Assembly: GCF_963921235.1 (NCBI RefSeq)
Contig: NC_086108.1
Span: forward strand, 24,490,001-24,554,000
Origin: Mobula hypostoma
Taxonomy: Eukaryota
Direction: 5' to 3'
Length of the DNA: 64,000 nucleotides
Shown: piece after piece, positions 51,340-63,256 of the stretch
Position numbering within the stretch: the first letter of the stretch is position 1
Layout: every line of letters starts with the position of its first letter
The notes under the pieces: generated by a model
The model's input: the letters and a program-made list of their open reading frames with translations, nothing else
Database searches by the model: none
Told to the model about the DNA's origin: nothing
Position numbers and translations under genes: made by a program

Positions 51340-51745
51340 ACCAAAGAAGCCATCTGTGATCTCGTTAGACTTGGTGTCTGGGTCGCCTAGTTTAACTGGT
51401 TTAGACCAGTCAAAGTTGAAAGACACAAATACACAAAGCTGGAGGAAGGTGGTCAGCTCAATGAAACAATGTTGGTTGTAGCCCTGGACCTGAACCAGTA
51501 ATATGGTGACTTGGGTAACTCAAGTGACCTTGAGCCAATGGGACGGAGATCTACCAATTCAACTGAAAAGGAACACGAGAAGAGTCAGGAGCTCCAAATA
51601 CATAGTGGCAACAACTCTCCAGCAACTCGAGACCAACCATTGTGGATGAGGTGGACCTCACGGACATGTGGAGATGGAGACTGCAAGTAACGCCTGGCCA
51701 GCGTGGACTCCTCTCCCAGGTAATACTGTTTCTCTTCATTGACTG
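51340..51745 (+). mobile_element. RTE-like retroposon fragment
   Basis: RTE-like 5' region (ccaatgggacggagatctacc) and GC-richer than its flanks. No clear ORF. Confidence 0.4.
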
Positions 51746-52528
51746 TTCATGGAGGGTCAGGGAACTCTAGTGGGTGTGCACACAGGTAGTTAGTTTGTGA
51801 ACCCATGAACATTTTAGTTGAGACAATTAAGGTTACTAGTCGGTAAATACAGATTCTCTGTGCCTCACTGATCATTACTACAAGGGGTGATTTTGTAACA
51901 CAACCAAGGAGGAAACACTTCCAGCTAATGAAGCAGATTAAACACAGAGGCACATTTATTCATGAAATAAATTCTAACAGATTATAATTCTACAAAATAT
52001 TTGCAAATACAAGAACAGTTCTTACAAACTAGAAAATCATGTCAATGTTTTGCAGACAAACTTATCTGTTTCAAAAAGAAGGCACTAAAATGAGATCCTT
52101 CTTGGGTTGAGGTTGTGGCGTGGATTTTTATAATCTCTGAAACTCCTCCCCACCCCAATACTTTCTAATATTCACATGGTTTTTTTGCCAGTTATCTGCG
52201 GACAATCTCATCTGCAATGTGATGTTTTCACAAATTCATTGATCAGGTCAGTTGGTAGGAGCCTTAGGTTATCAGACAATGTTGACTCTTCAGATTAGGT
52301 TGCAGTCCCAGTTAAATCAACAGTTTGCTCCCTGAACCTGAACAGTGCTGTTTCTCCAGAGGATGTTAGTTAAAATTAACAATAAACATCCTGAACCTTA
52401 AACAGCTTCTTCGGTGCTAAAAACCTGAGTTCAGGAAAAGGCCTCCTGACTCTAAATGGTAAATGTCCATCATAACCTGCAAGCTGGTATTTAACCAGAA
52501 AGAGATTTTCATCAAATATTGTCTGGTA

Positions 52529-53511
52529 GATAGATAGATAGATATACTTTATTGATCCTGAAGAAAATTGGGTTTCGTTACAGCTGCACCAACCAAGAAT
52601 AAAGCATAAATATAGCAATACAAAAACCACAAACAATCAAACAACACTATGCAAACTGTGCCAGATGGAAATAAGTCCAGGACCAGCCTATTGGCTCAGG
52701 GTGTCTGACCCTCCACGGGAGGAGCTGCAAAGTTCAATGGCCACAGGCAGGGACAGCCTCCCATGACACCCTGTGCTGTATCTCGGTGGAATATGGCCGG
52801 AGTCCAACAGCAAAAAGTTCAATATCCGGTCTACAAACACGTTCCTCGATCGTAATATGACGAGGATTGCACCATCCGTTGTTAACCAGAACAGCAAGCC
52901 CCCAACTCCTTAATGCTTACTGCTTAGTGCTTAGTGCACTTTTGGTCAGCCCGAATGTTCTGGAAGCCCTCCATGGAAAAGTTTTGGTCGGGTATGTTCT
53001 CGTGCAGCCCCGTTTCAGTAAAACACATAACATTGCATTCCCGAAATGTTCTCTGACTCCTGGCTAGCACCGTCAACTCGTCCATTTTATTACCCACCGA
53101 ATTCCTCTTCTCCATAAGTCTCTGTTGTCTCGACCCGGTCCTCTTTCCTCGCCTTTGTGATCCCCCTCTGCATCCTCTGTGTGTTTTCCTCCAGATTTTA
53201 GCAGGGGTGTCCACCGCTCTGTTCGCTAAACCAGCCAGCATAAGCGCAATCAGCTGGTCCCTGGAATAAACAATGCAACCATACTGCTGCCCCGCTAATG
53301 AGCCATTTCCGAATGTAACTATTTCCAGCGCTAAAAACGCAAATAGAACTGTTTCCACCAGCATGTTAGAGAGGGCGCAGCTTCAACATGTTACCGTGAA
53401 AAAAAAATACAACAAGTAACCTGAGTTAAAAAAGTAAGAAGGAAAAAGTAATACAACTAGTTGGAACGGCTGTAACAGGCTGCATGCACGACCGGTGCAT
53501 GCGCACTTTTT
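52529..53511 (-). mobile_element. Internally deleted Rex1/Babar-type retroposon
   Basis: The 5' part encodes an N-terminus and endonuclease start (NKMDEL...MCFTET). The 3' end matches 44870-45090. (gata)n tail, with TGGTA on both flanks. Confidence 0.85.
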
Positions 53512-53920
53512 TGGTAAGGGGTAACTAAAACACTACCCTAAATTCAAAACATAGCTGTTGTTGGGAAACATGTAAGACCAATGTGTTTCTTTTACTGAGC
53601 TCAGGTGTCAGACTTAAATAGGTGTTTCCATTTGTTGACCCTTTATTAGTTTATGCCAAATGGGTTCCAAAGATTGTCATAGCGGGGGGTTGGGGAGGAA
53701 GTGGGAACAAGTTTGTCACAGCTGGGGTGTACGGGGTAGAGGGGATAAGTTCCCACTGCCTATTAAGTGCTCCCAATGGCATGAATCTCAAACAACCCCT
53801 CACAGCCAGGTCTAGCTCCTGGCCATTAGCTGTGGATTTGTACTAAGCCCAGCAGAACCATTTCTACAGACAGGAGAAGAAGCAAAGGCAGGTTTCAGGT
53901 GCTTTAAAGTCAGCCACTTC

Positions 53921-54297
53921 CATAAGACCATAAGATAAAGGAGCAGAATTAGGCCATTTGGCCCACAGAGTTTACTCCACCATTTCATCACAGCTGATCC
54001 ATTTCCCTCTCAGCCCCAGTCTCCCGCCTTCTCCCTGTAACTCTTCATGCCTTGACTAATCTGAAACGTATCAACTCTGACTTAAATATACCCAATGACT
54101 TGGCCTCCACAGCCACCTGTGGCAAAAAAAATTCCACAGATTGACCACTCTCTGGCTGAAGAACCTCCTCCTCATCTTCATTCTAAATAGATGTCCCTCT
54201 ATTGTGAGGCTGTGACCTCTGGTCCTAGACTTCTCCACCCAAGGAAACAAACTCTCCACATCCAATCTGTTGAGACCTTACAACATTTATTCTGTTT
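53921..54297 (-). mobile_element. CR1 3' end, host of the 54-60 kb nest
   Basis: cataagaccataaga tail. ORF 54071..54265 contains SRTRGHSL...RRFFSQRVVNLWN. Confidence 0.9.
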
Positions 54298-57213
54298 TAT
54301 TGTGTATTTAATATTTAAATAAAATTTGAGTAATCTTGTATATAAAGCAGTTGATTAAGCATTCTTGGTTATTTAAATAATTAATTGTAAGTTATATGTA
54401 AAAAATACATTAATTGAAAATGTCATCATGTTACATGTGCAAGATACATGCATTTGGTTCAAAAGTAAAGATGAAGCTACACCCACATTCTTCAGATTCC
54501 CATGTTTCCTTTGAATTATTTTAATGTTTTAAAGTTACAAAATGTAACACTGGTGAACAGGTATTTTTAAAATTAATCTGAAAATGGCTGTTAAAACGGA
54601 GTGAAAAGTTTGAACTAAAAATAAATGCAAAGGACAGTGTAGTTTTTTTGAAAAAGCAGTCCTCCACATGGAAATGTTGAGTTTTAAGCAAAAAGCAGCA
54701 CAGCCCAAATTCTTTGGAGGGAAGACAGGAATGATTTAAAAAGAAAGTAAAAAAATGGAGAATTTGTGGATTTATAAAGAGTACTAGGTGATAATAATTA
54801 TAAAGTAGAAATAGCTGGCTACGTTGGAAAGCTAGGTCAATTTGATTATACAATGGGTAACTGGCTCATGTATACTGAAGTATTGGAATAATATTTTGAA
54901 GCAAATGAAATAGCCAAAGAGAAGCAAGTGCAAATTTTGCTGTGTTCGTTTGGTTCAAAGCACACAGTTTGCGTCGAAGTTTTACTGCTCCAACCAAACC
55001 ATCAGAAATTAGCTTTGCTATTTACTGTAAATGTAATGCAGGAGTACTGAGAACCTAAGCTGTTGCTGATTACAGAACACTTTAGGTTTCATAAGTGGAA
55101 TCAAAACTAAGGGAGTCCATTTCAGCATAAGTGGCTGAATTGAATTGTCCCAGTATTGTCAATTTAGTAATGGATTTAATATTACACTGCGAGATTGTTT
55201 AGTTTGTGGAATCTTAATAGAAAGCATTCAAATACAGCTCCTAACTGAAGTACAGCTTTCATTTAAAAGAGTAGCTGAAATCACAGTATCAATGGAAACA
55301 GCAAATAGAGACATAATTGAGTTGCAGTCAGGAATGAAAGGGAGTATGAATAAAATTACATTATCTAAACAGAAACAACCTTGGGTAAACAAATTGCATT
55401 TACAGTTGTGGCAGGAGCTTACATACAAAAACATACATATTTAAAGGTGAAACATGCAGAAAATGCTATAAAGTAGGAGACATTTGAGAGTATGTCAGGT
55501 AGACAAAAATAAATGGACTGCTCAGGGAAGAGAAGAAGCTGAACAATCAAGTTGCAGTTTCAAAAAGAGCACTAATCTGGGTGCTGTTAATGAAAAGTCT
55601 GATAATGATGAGAGTGACACAGGACTATGTAGCTTTGAGATTTACAGTGTGAAAATTAGGGGAACAAGCAATATGGCTTACACCAGAAGTGAACGGAAAT
55701 TTACTTAAAATGGAATTGGACACTGGTTCAGCTGTTTCAGTCATTCCACAACATGAGTTTAAACAGCATCTCAAAGATATTAAACTGAAGCCTGCAGATA
55801 TCCAACTCAGAACATACTGGAGAAAAGATAACACCCGTAGGAATTAATGTCCGTAACTGTGAACACAATGAGCTTCTACGTGGTTAAAACAGAAGGACCT
55901 GCATTGGGTGATTGGCTGAGACAAATACGACTTGATTGGAGTTCCATCCACAATTTACCTGCCACATCCTCTGCAAAGAAACCACATGAAAGTGAATTAA
56001 GAGAATTACTGGGTGATGCCACAACTGTCTCCGTGCTGAACACCAAGAACCATTGTCCAACAGGGGACAAACAGTTGCTGGTGCCATCCTCTGTGCCTCT
56101 AGTTGGAAAGCATACTGGACCAATGAAGGACCATGCTGCTCAGAGGAATTGTGAAAGTGACAAAAGCAGTAGTCTGACTACAACAGTTTTCACAGGCAAC
56201 AAGCTTCCAATATGTTAATTAGGCAGTTACTTGTGAAATGTGGCTATGATTTAAGCTGAAAGAAAGTTCAAGGAGCTTCAGGAAAGTTGCAATCATTTGG
56301 CCTTAAAAGAACCAGGCTTTAGTGTAAAGAACTAAAATCTACTCTGTGTGCATTAAGGTTATTATGGGAGACAAAAAGCTGCTTGTAAAAGTAGATGTGA
56401 AGACCAAAGCCCAGCAGAATGAATGGAAGACCAAAAAGAAAGGAGTCACTGGTGATATGAAACATGAAATTCATCAGATGATATTGTGGATGAGGAAATC
56501 AAGAGGAGAGATCAGATCTTAAAGGGAAAAATAGAAGGATTAGTAAGAGAATACTCCAGTGAACTAAATGCACCTTCCCAAGATCAAAATGCACAAACTA
56601 GAAGAAAAAAAAGGAATTAGAAAGGTGGCTAATGCTGTCAGAACCATTTCCTGCAGTCTCAGAGTTAACTCTTACAACCACCGTGGAGGAGGTCACAGAA
56701 CTTGAGATTGCTTCACAACCACAACTCTCATCTGCCAAGAGAATGATCCCTCATGTCAGAAAAGACGTTATCCCACAAGAGTAAGAAATCCTCCACAGCG
56801 ATTAAATCTTTAGGCCTGAATGAGACAATTTAAAAATTGAGTATGCTGTGGTTATCTGTATGGCATTTGTACTACATAGTACACCATGCATATAGTTGAG
56901 ATGCATTCTGTATTGAGTTGGAGTTTATAGCGAAGCAGGGAAGATTTACAACATTTAATCCGTTTTGTTGTGTATTTAATACTTCAATAATACTTGAGTA
57001 ATCTTGTATATAAATTAGTTGATTAAGCAGTCTTGTTCATTTAAATAATTATGGGTTATATGTGAAAATACATTAATTGCATACGCCATCACACTACCAA
57101 GTGATAATAAGTGTGCGCCTTGCTAAAAAGTAAAGACGAGCTACACCCACATTCTTTAGACCCCCTTGTTTCCTTTGAATTTGTTTAATGTTTTAAAATT
57201 ACAAAACATAACA
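54298..57213 (+). mobile_element. Gypsy LTR retrotransposon, internally deleted
   Basis: Direct LTRs at 54298-54549 and 56966-57213, PBS-like tggtgaacagg (54551), purine tract near 56932-56944. Gag remnants (YFEANEI, CRKCYKVG) and protease MELDTGSAVSVIP (55710). No RT visible. Confidence 0.9.
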
Positions 57214-57552
57214 GGTTTCAATGAGATCCCCAAGTTCTTCTGAATTCCAGTGAGTTCAGGCCCAGAACCATCAATATGGTAACCCTTTCATTCACAGAAC
57301 CATTCTCCTGAACATGATCTGAAGCCTCTTCAAAGTCAGCACATCCTTTCTTAGATAAGGCCCAAAATTGGTGCAATATTCTAAGGGAGTTCTTACCAGT
57401 GCCGTATAAAACCTCAACATTACATTCTTGCTTCTATATTTTAGCCCTCTCGAAAAGAATACTAATATCGCATTTGCCTTCTTCACCACCGACTCAACCT
57501 GCAAGATAATATTTATGGAACCTTACACAAGGACTCTGAAGTCCCTTTGTCC
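57214..57552 (-). mobile_element. CR1 continuation
   Basis: ORF 57292..57504 contains QVESVVKKAN...LVRTPLEYC. Confidence 0.88.
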
Positions 57553-58380
57553 CTTTGGAGGCGGAGTTAAGATGGCGCTAAACGGCAACACCTTTGCTTG
57601 CATCTTCGGGAACCGCTCTATATCCATCTTTAATATCTTTATTTTTCCCTTTCAGGGTTCTTTTGAAGACCCTGATCTGGAGTTAAATGCAGACTTCGGT
57701 TCTTTGCAGGAATAGGACCCATTCTCAGGGTTTCAGGACCAGCCGTGCTGTTCAGCACACCAAGGGTTCGGCCTGAGTGCTGGCCTCGTACTTGGAAGCC
57801 GAAGATCGCAGGGCTCTGGAGACTGGCGGATCAAGGGTTAGTGTCATGGCAGGAGACTCGTGTGTTGTTGGGGAGACTGGAAAATCTTTTGCTGTGGGCT
57901 CAAAGACCCGAGATCTTTGCAATCTCCGGGCACAGAGCTCGTAAAAAGCGACAAAACAGACTTTTTAACATCGTAAACCAACAGGTTGTTGTTATGCCTC
58001 TTGCTCACTGTGAAAATAGGGGACACCTCCCTCTCCCTTATTAGGGACAGAGAGAACCTGTGGTTTGTTGAATGATGCATGAAATATGATAGTCTTTGGG
58101 GTAACTGCAAGGTCTGTGTTTTTGCTATCACCTAGCTCACGCTTGTGCTCAGCAGAAGTTGCGCTTTTTTGCCGGGGTGGGGATAAAGATATTATTGCCC
58201 TGCTGCCACTTACGTGTGGGAGGGGGGAGCTGGGGGGGACTTTGGGGTTCTCACGTTTAATAGTTGTTCATTCTTTGGGGCACTTCTCTGTTTTCATGGA
58301 TGTTTTGTCAAGAAAAAGCATTTCAGGATGTATATTGTATCCATTTCTCTGACATTAAATTGGACCTTTGAATCTTTGAA
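57553..58380 (+). mobile_element. Non-autonomous retroposon of unclear family inside CR1
   Basis: Starts ggaggcggagttaagatggcg and ends attaaattggacctttgaatctttgaa. CR1 resumes at cctcagatttt. Confidence 0.7.
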
Positions 58381-59098
58381 CCTCAGATTTTTGAATTTTC
58401 TCTCCATTTAGAATATAGACTCCACTTTTACTTCTTCTACCAAAGTGCATGACCGTACGCTTCCCAGCACTGTATGCCATCTGCCACATCTTTGCCTATT
58501 CTCCTAATCTGCAGACTCCATACTTCCTCAACACTACCTGCCCCTCTATCAATCTTCATATCATCCAAAAACTTGGCAACAAAACCATCAATTCCATTAT
58601 CCAAATCATTGATATATAATATAAAAAGAGGCAGTCACATCATAGACCCTTTGGAAAACTACTAATCACTGGCAGCTAACCAGAAAAGGCTCTCTTTATT
58701 CCCACTCATGCCTCCTGCCAATTAACCAAAGTTCTATTCATGCTACCACCTTTCCTGTAATACAATGGGCTCTCAACTTGTTAAGCAGCCTTATGTGTGG
58801 CACCTAGTCAAAAGCCTTCTGAAAATCTAAGTACACAGCATCCATTGATTCTCCTTTATCTATCTTGCTTGCTATTTCTTCAAATAATTGTGTTTCATCA
58901 ATGATTTCTCCTCAAAGAAACTACACTGACTTATCATGTGCCTCCAAGTACCCCAAAATCACATCGTTAACAATCAATTCCAACATCTTCCCAACCACTG
59001 AAGTCAAACTAACTGGCCTATAACTTCCTTTCTTCTACTTCTCTCCCTTCTTGAAGAGTGGCATTTGCAATTTTCCAGGCCTCTGGAACCATGCCAGA
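58381..59098 (-). mobile_element. CR1 continuation (RT region)
   Basis: Minus strand contains AKFLDDMKI and YLDFQKAFD-like motifs. Confidence 0.85.
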
Positions 59099-60442
59099 GG
59101 TCTGTATCAAGCTTTCACATCTGGACACTGCAATTTTTCCCCATTCTTCTTTATAAAACTGTTCAAGCTCTGTCAGATTGCATGAGCATCGTGAGTGAAC
59201 AGCCCTTTACCAGTCTAGCCACAAATTCTCAATTGGATTGAGGTCTGGACTCTGACTTGACCACTCCAGAATATTAACTTTACTGTTCTTAAGCCATTCC
59301 TGCATAGCTTTGGCTTTATGCTTGGAGTCATTTCTTGCGGAAAACAAATCATGTCCCAAGTCACAGTTCTCTTGCAGACTGCATCAGGTTTTCCTCCAGG
59401 ATTTCCCTGTATTTTTCTGCATTCATTTTACCCTCTACCTTCACAAGCCTTCTGGGGCCTGCTGCAGTGAAGCATCACCACAGTATGATACAGCCACCAC
59501 CATGCTTCATGGTAGGGATGAGGTATTTTATTGATGTGCGGTGTTTGTCTTATGCCAAACATAATGTTTAGTCTGATGGCCAAAAAGCTCAATTTTGGTG
59601 TTCTTAGACCATAGAACCTTCTTTCAGCTGAGTTCAGAGCCTCCCACAGAGCCTTCTGCCAAACTCTAGCTGAGATTTAATGTTAGTTTTTTTAACAGTA
59701 GCTTTCTCTTTGCCACTCTCCCATAAGGCTGTGACTGGTGAAGCACCCAGGCAACAGTTGTATGCACAGTCTCTTCCTTCTCAATCCTTGAAGCATGTAA
59801 CTCCACCAGAGTTGTCATATGTCTCTTGGTGGCCTCCCTCACTTGTCCCCTTCTTAAATGGTCATTCAGATTTTGAGGATGGCCAGCTCTAGGCAGATTT
59901 ACAGTTGTGCCATATTCTTTCCATTTCTTGATGATTGACTTAACTGTATTCCAGGGGATGTGCAGTGACTTGGAAATTTTCTTGCATCCATCTCCTGACT
60001 AGTGCTTTTCAAAAACTTTTTTGTGGAGTTGCTTAGAGTGATCTTTTGACTTCATGTTATAGTTTTTGCCAGGATACTGAGCCACAAACAGTTGGACCTT
60101 CCAGATACAGGTGTCGTTTTACTACAATCAATTGAAACACCTTGACAGTGATTTCCATTTAACTAATTATGCGATTTCTCAAACCCATTGGCTGCAACAG
60201 TGGAGGTTTGGTGTGTCGTATTAAAGGGAGTGAATACTTATGCAATCAGTTATTTTGTGTTTTACATTTGTAATTAATTTGATCACCTTACATTGATCTG
60301 TTTTCACTTGGACATAAAAGAGTCATTTTTTATTGATCACTGTCAAAAAAAGCCAATTTAAATCCACTGTGATTCAATGCTGTAAAACAATAAAACATGA
60401 AAACTTCCAGGGGCGGGGTGTGAATAACTTTTATAGGCACTG
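59099..60442 (-). mobile_element. Tc1 transposon missing one end
   Basis: Right end ...ttttataggcactg|TA. Minus-strand transposase remnants GGCIILW.CF and [15 protein letters not shown]. Confidence 0.88.
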
Positions 60443-60444
60443 TA

Positions 60445-60810
60445 TACAGTATATCCTGGCCCTTAGAATACTTCCAAAAAATTGCGCACGACTAACAACA
60501 GACTCAATGGTCTATAATTTCCCTGTTTATTCTTGGAGCCTTTCTGAAACAACGGAATAACATTAGCAATCCTCCAGTCCTCCTTCACTTATAGCTAAGG
60601 ACCCCAAAGCCCCTGCATTTTCTGCACAAACCTCCCACAAGGTCTATGGGACATCTTGTTGGACCTTGGAAGTTTATCCACCCTCATTCACCTCAAGACA
60701 GCTAGCACCTCCTCCTTGAATCTCGATAGATTTCATGACCTCACTACTCTTTTACTTCAGCTCTAGAATCTCTCAAATAAATATGGATGCAAGAAGTTCA
60801 TTTAGTACTC
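60445..60810 (-). mobile_element. CR1 fragment
   Basis: Minus strand gives EDWRIANVIPLFQK and linker-like sequence. Confidence 0.7.
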
Positions 60811-61305
60811 TGGAACAACTTATCACGTAGCTAATTGGCTTGGGATAGGCTCATACCAATAATGCATTCTGCAATCCCTTTATGTTGCTTAGAACTTGAA
60901 ATTCAGATAAGCTCATGAAAGATCAAATGAGGAAATGCGTCACATGTTCCTACAGTGAGGATGCAAAACAGTAACTCCTTTTGAATTTTGAGCGTGCTTC
61001 AGTAAAGGACAAGAAGGAGCAAAGTGCAGGGAGGAATATGAACATGTGACAAAGGGTTTGAAGGAGATGAGAGAGGAGTGAAGGATGAAGAGAATTAAAG
61101 TGAAGGAAATAGGGAGAACTAAACAATGAGAATGGATTGAGGAAAGGCTGGAAGGAGGAAAGGAAGGAGAGGGAGGGTGAAAGTGCTTGAGTTGAACAGA
61201 GTAAAAGAAGATGAAGAAACGGAAGTAGGAGATGGGGAGGGAGAAGCAAAGTGGATGAATAAAGTGAATGAGCTAGTAAGAGATTTGTGGTTAGAAAGCC
61301 AAGGC

Positions 61306-61440
61306 ATGAGAAAATCTGCAGATGCTAGAAATCCAAGCAACACACAAAAAATGCTTAAAGGAACTCAGGCCGAAACATCGACTGTACTCTTTTCCATAGA
61401 TGTTGCCTGGCCTACTGAGTTCCTCCAGCATTTTGTGTCT
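61306..61440. mobile_element. Penelope-terminus fold-back
   Basis: gagaaaatctgcagatgct...acacaaaaaatgcttaaaggaactcag is joined to gccgaaacatcgactgt...ctgagttcctccagcattttgtgt. Confidence 0.85.
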
Positions 61441-63256
61441 ACGGCTGGGAGGCCAAAGCTGTGACTCCTGTAATGTGTGAGCAATTCCTCTTTGGGAGAT
61501 ATTGAGTATTTTAAAGCTCAGAAATGGTAAAAGGGTTTTGCATGCTGGAATAAGATTTAAGTTTTAAATATAATAAATGCTAGCTGTACTCACATTGAAA
61601 AACACTCTGGATAAAATTACCAATTACAGCCCAACATACGTGCTTTGTTTCAGTTACTTTGAGAAAATCTTCATTTCTCAGCCAAATAGCTGTAATTTAA
61701 AAGATAAATATTGCAGTTAAGCGTTCTGTTAAAACAGACACTGGAATTTGTATAGATCCTTTTTTTATATTGCCATTTTGTTTGCTGCATGACTTATCAG
61801 GTTTAACAGTTTGAAACTAAATTATTATTTAGATAAAGCATAAAACCAAATGAGTTTTCAGAGCAACATAATGGTTGGCTAAAATGTGCTGAAAAATATT
61901 TTCTCCAATTCTTTTGTATGGAATATTCTGAAACCTGCATAAATCACATCTCAATGAGCAAATTTAAGGATTCAAAGGAGAACATAGGCACTGAGAAGGA
62001 AAGGGGGCTCGGTAGAGAATACAGAAGTGGCCAATGAGAACCATAAACATATGGAGAGAATCACTGCAGAAACATAGATGAGAGAATGTTTGCAAAAGTT
62101 AATGTTGGTTACACAGACACTGAGGCAGAGGAAATTATATTGTAGAATGATGGAAATTTGCTGAGTAATTAAATATATTGTGTCTGAGCCAAGTAAATGT
62201 TGATTAATGAAACGGAAGAGCTAATATAAAATTATGGAGAGGAAACCATGAGGTTTGACAAATGGTCTTGAACAAAAAACATTCTTTTTCCACAGATACT
62301 ATACATGAATCAAAGTTCACACGCATGTTCAGCCGTCAGTTAGGGAAGTATAAAGTATATAGTATATTTCCCTTAATTGCAAGATGATCAGATTAAGAGA
62401 ATTTGTGTTTCAATTGTATGGAGCTGTGGTGAAACTGCACTTGAAATATTATTGAGACTGTTTACCCTTTTCCATAGATTCTACCTGGCCTGAGGTTCTC
62501 CAGCATTTTATAAAGGATGCTTCTCATTTTTCTTCTTCACTTCTCCTCACCTTTCCTTTAGCTTTCTTTCCTTCATTTATATTTCCTTTCTTATCTTGCC
62601 TTTTGAAAGCCCTTTCTTGTCCTTTCCTCTTTCCATCTGTTGCATGCTGTTCCCACCACTAATCCTCCACCTTCTGCACCCGAGAGCTGTCTCTGGTCTC
62701 AAGAAAGTCGTCTGCCGTATCTTCACAGCAGGTTAATACTTGTGGCAATTCAATCAGCCATTTCTGCCATGTATTCCTTTCCCTGTTTATCTAACTAGGT
62801 GAAAACAAAAGGTCCTCATATATGATTCAAAGAGGAGCAGATGATATAAGCCTGCAGTATTAACATATATTTATCCCATAATCAGATTTATGTTAACTTA
62901 TCATGTTTGTCATGTTTATAATGCACTGTACTGCCAGTCCCAAAGCTAATTTACACTCTGTATGTACACCTACGATAATAAACTTAAATAGCAAGCTTCA
63001 TTAGTGTTATAGAACTACATTTGTACTAAATTTGTTCCAAAAATACTTCACTGGTTGCAAAACACTTTGAGATAAAAATAATGAAATCAAGTGTATGAAT
63101 TCAATCTATTTGTTCTTTTATCCTAAAATTTAACTTCCACACCTGGAGTTAGAGATATTAATGTGTACTTCTTAATAATATGCCTTACAATCAAGTCTAA
63201 ATTAGTCTCCTGGCAGAGTCTCCATTTTGTGTGTAAACTGAACTGTAACAGCTTGT

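Noticed and set aside
53690..53920. HDV-like ribozyme in an RTE-like 5' region
   Set aside because: Only a 6-bp P2-like pairing (53816-53821 with 53871-53876) is visible. P1 and P3 could not be completed.
60950..61305. Acidic or hydrophobic ORFs
   Set aside because: Purine-rich low-complexity sequence with no splice or homology support.
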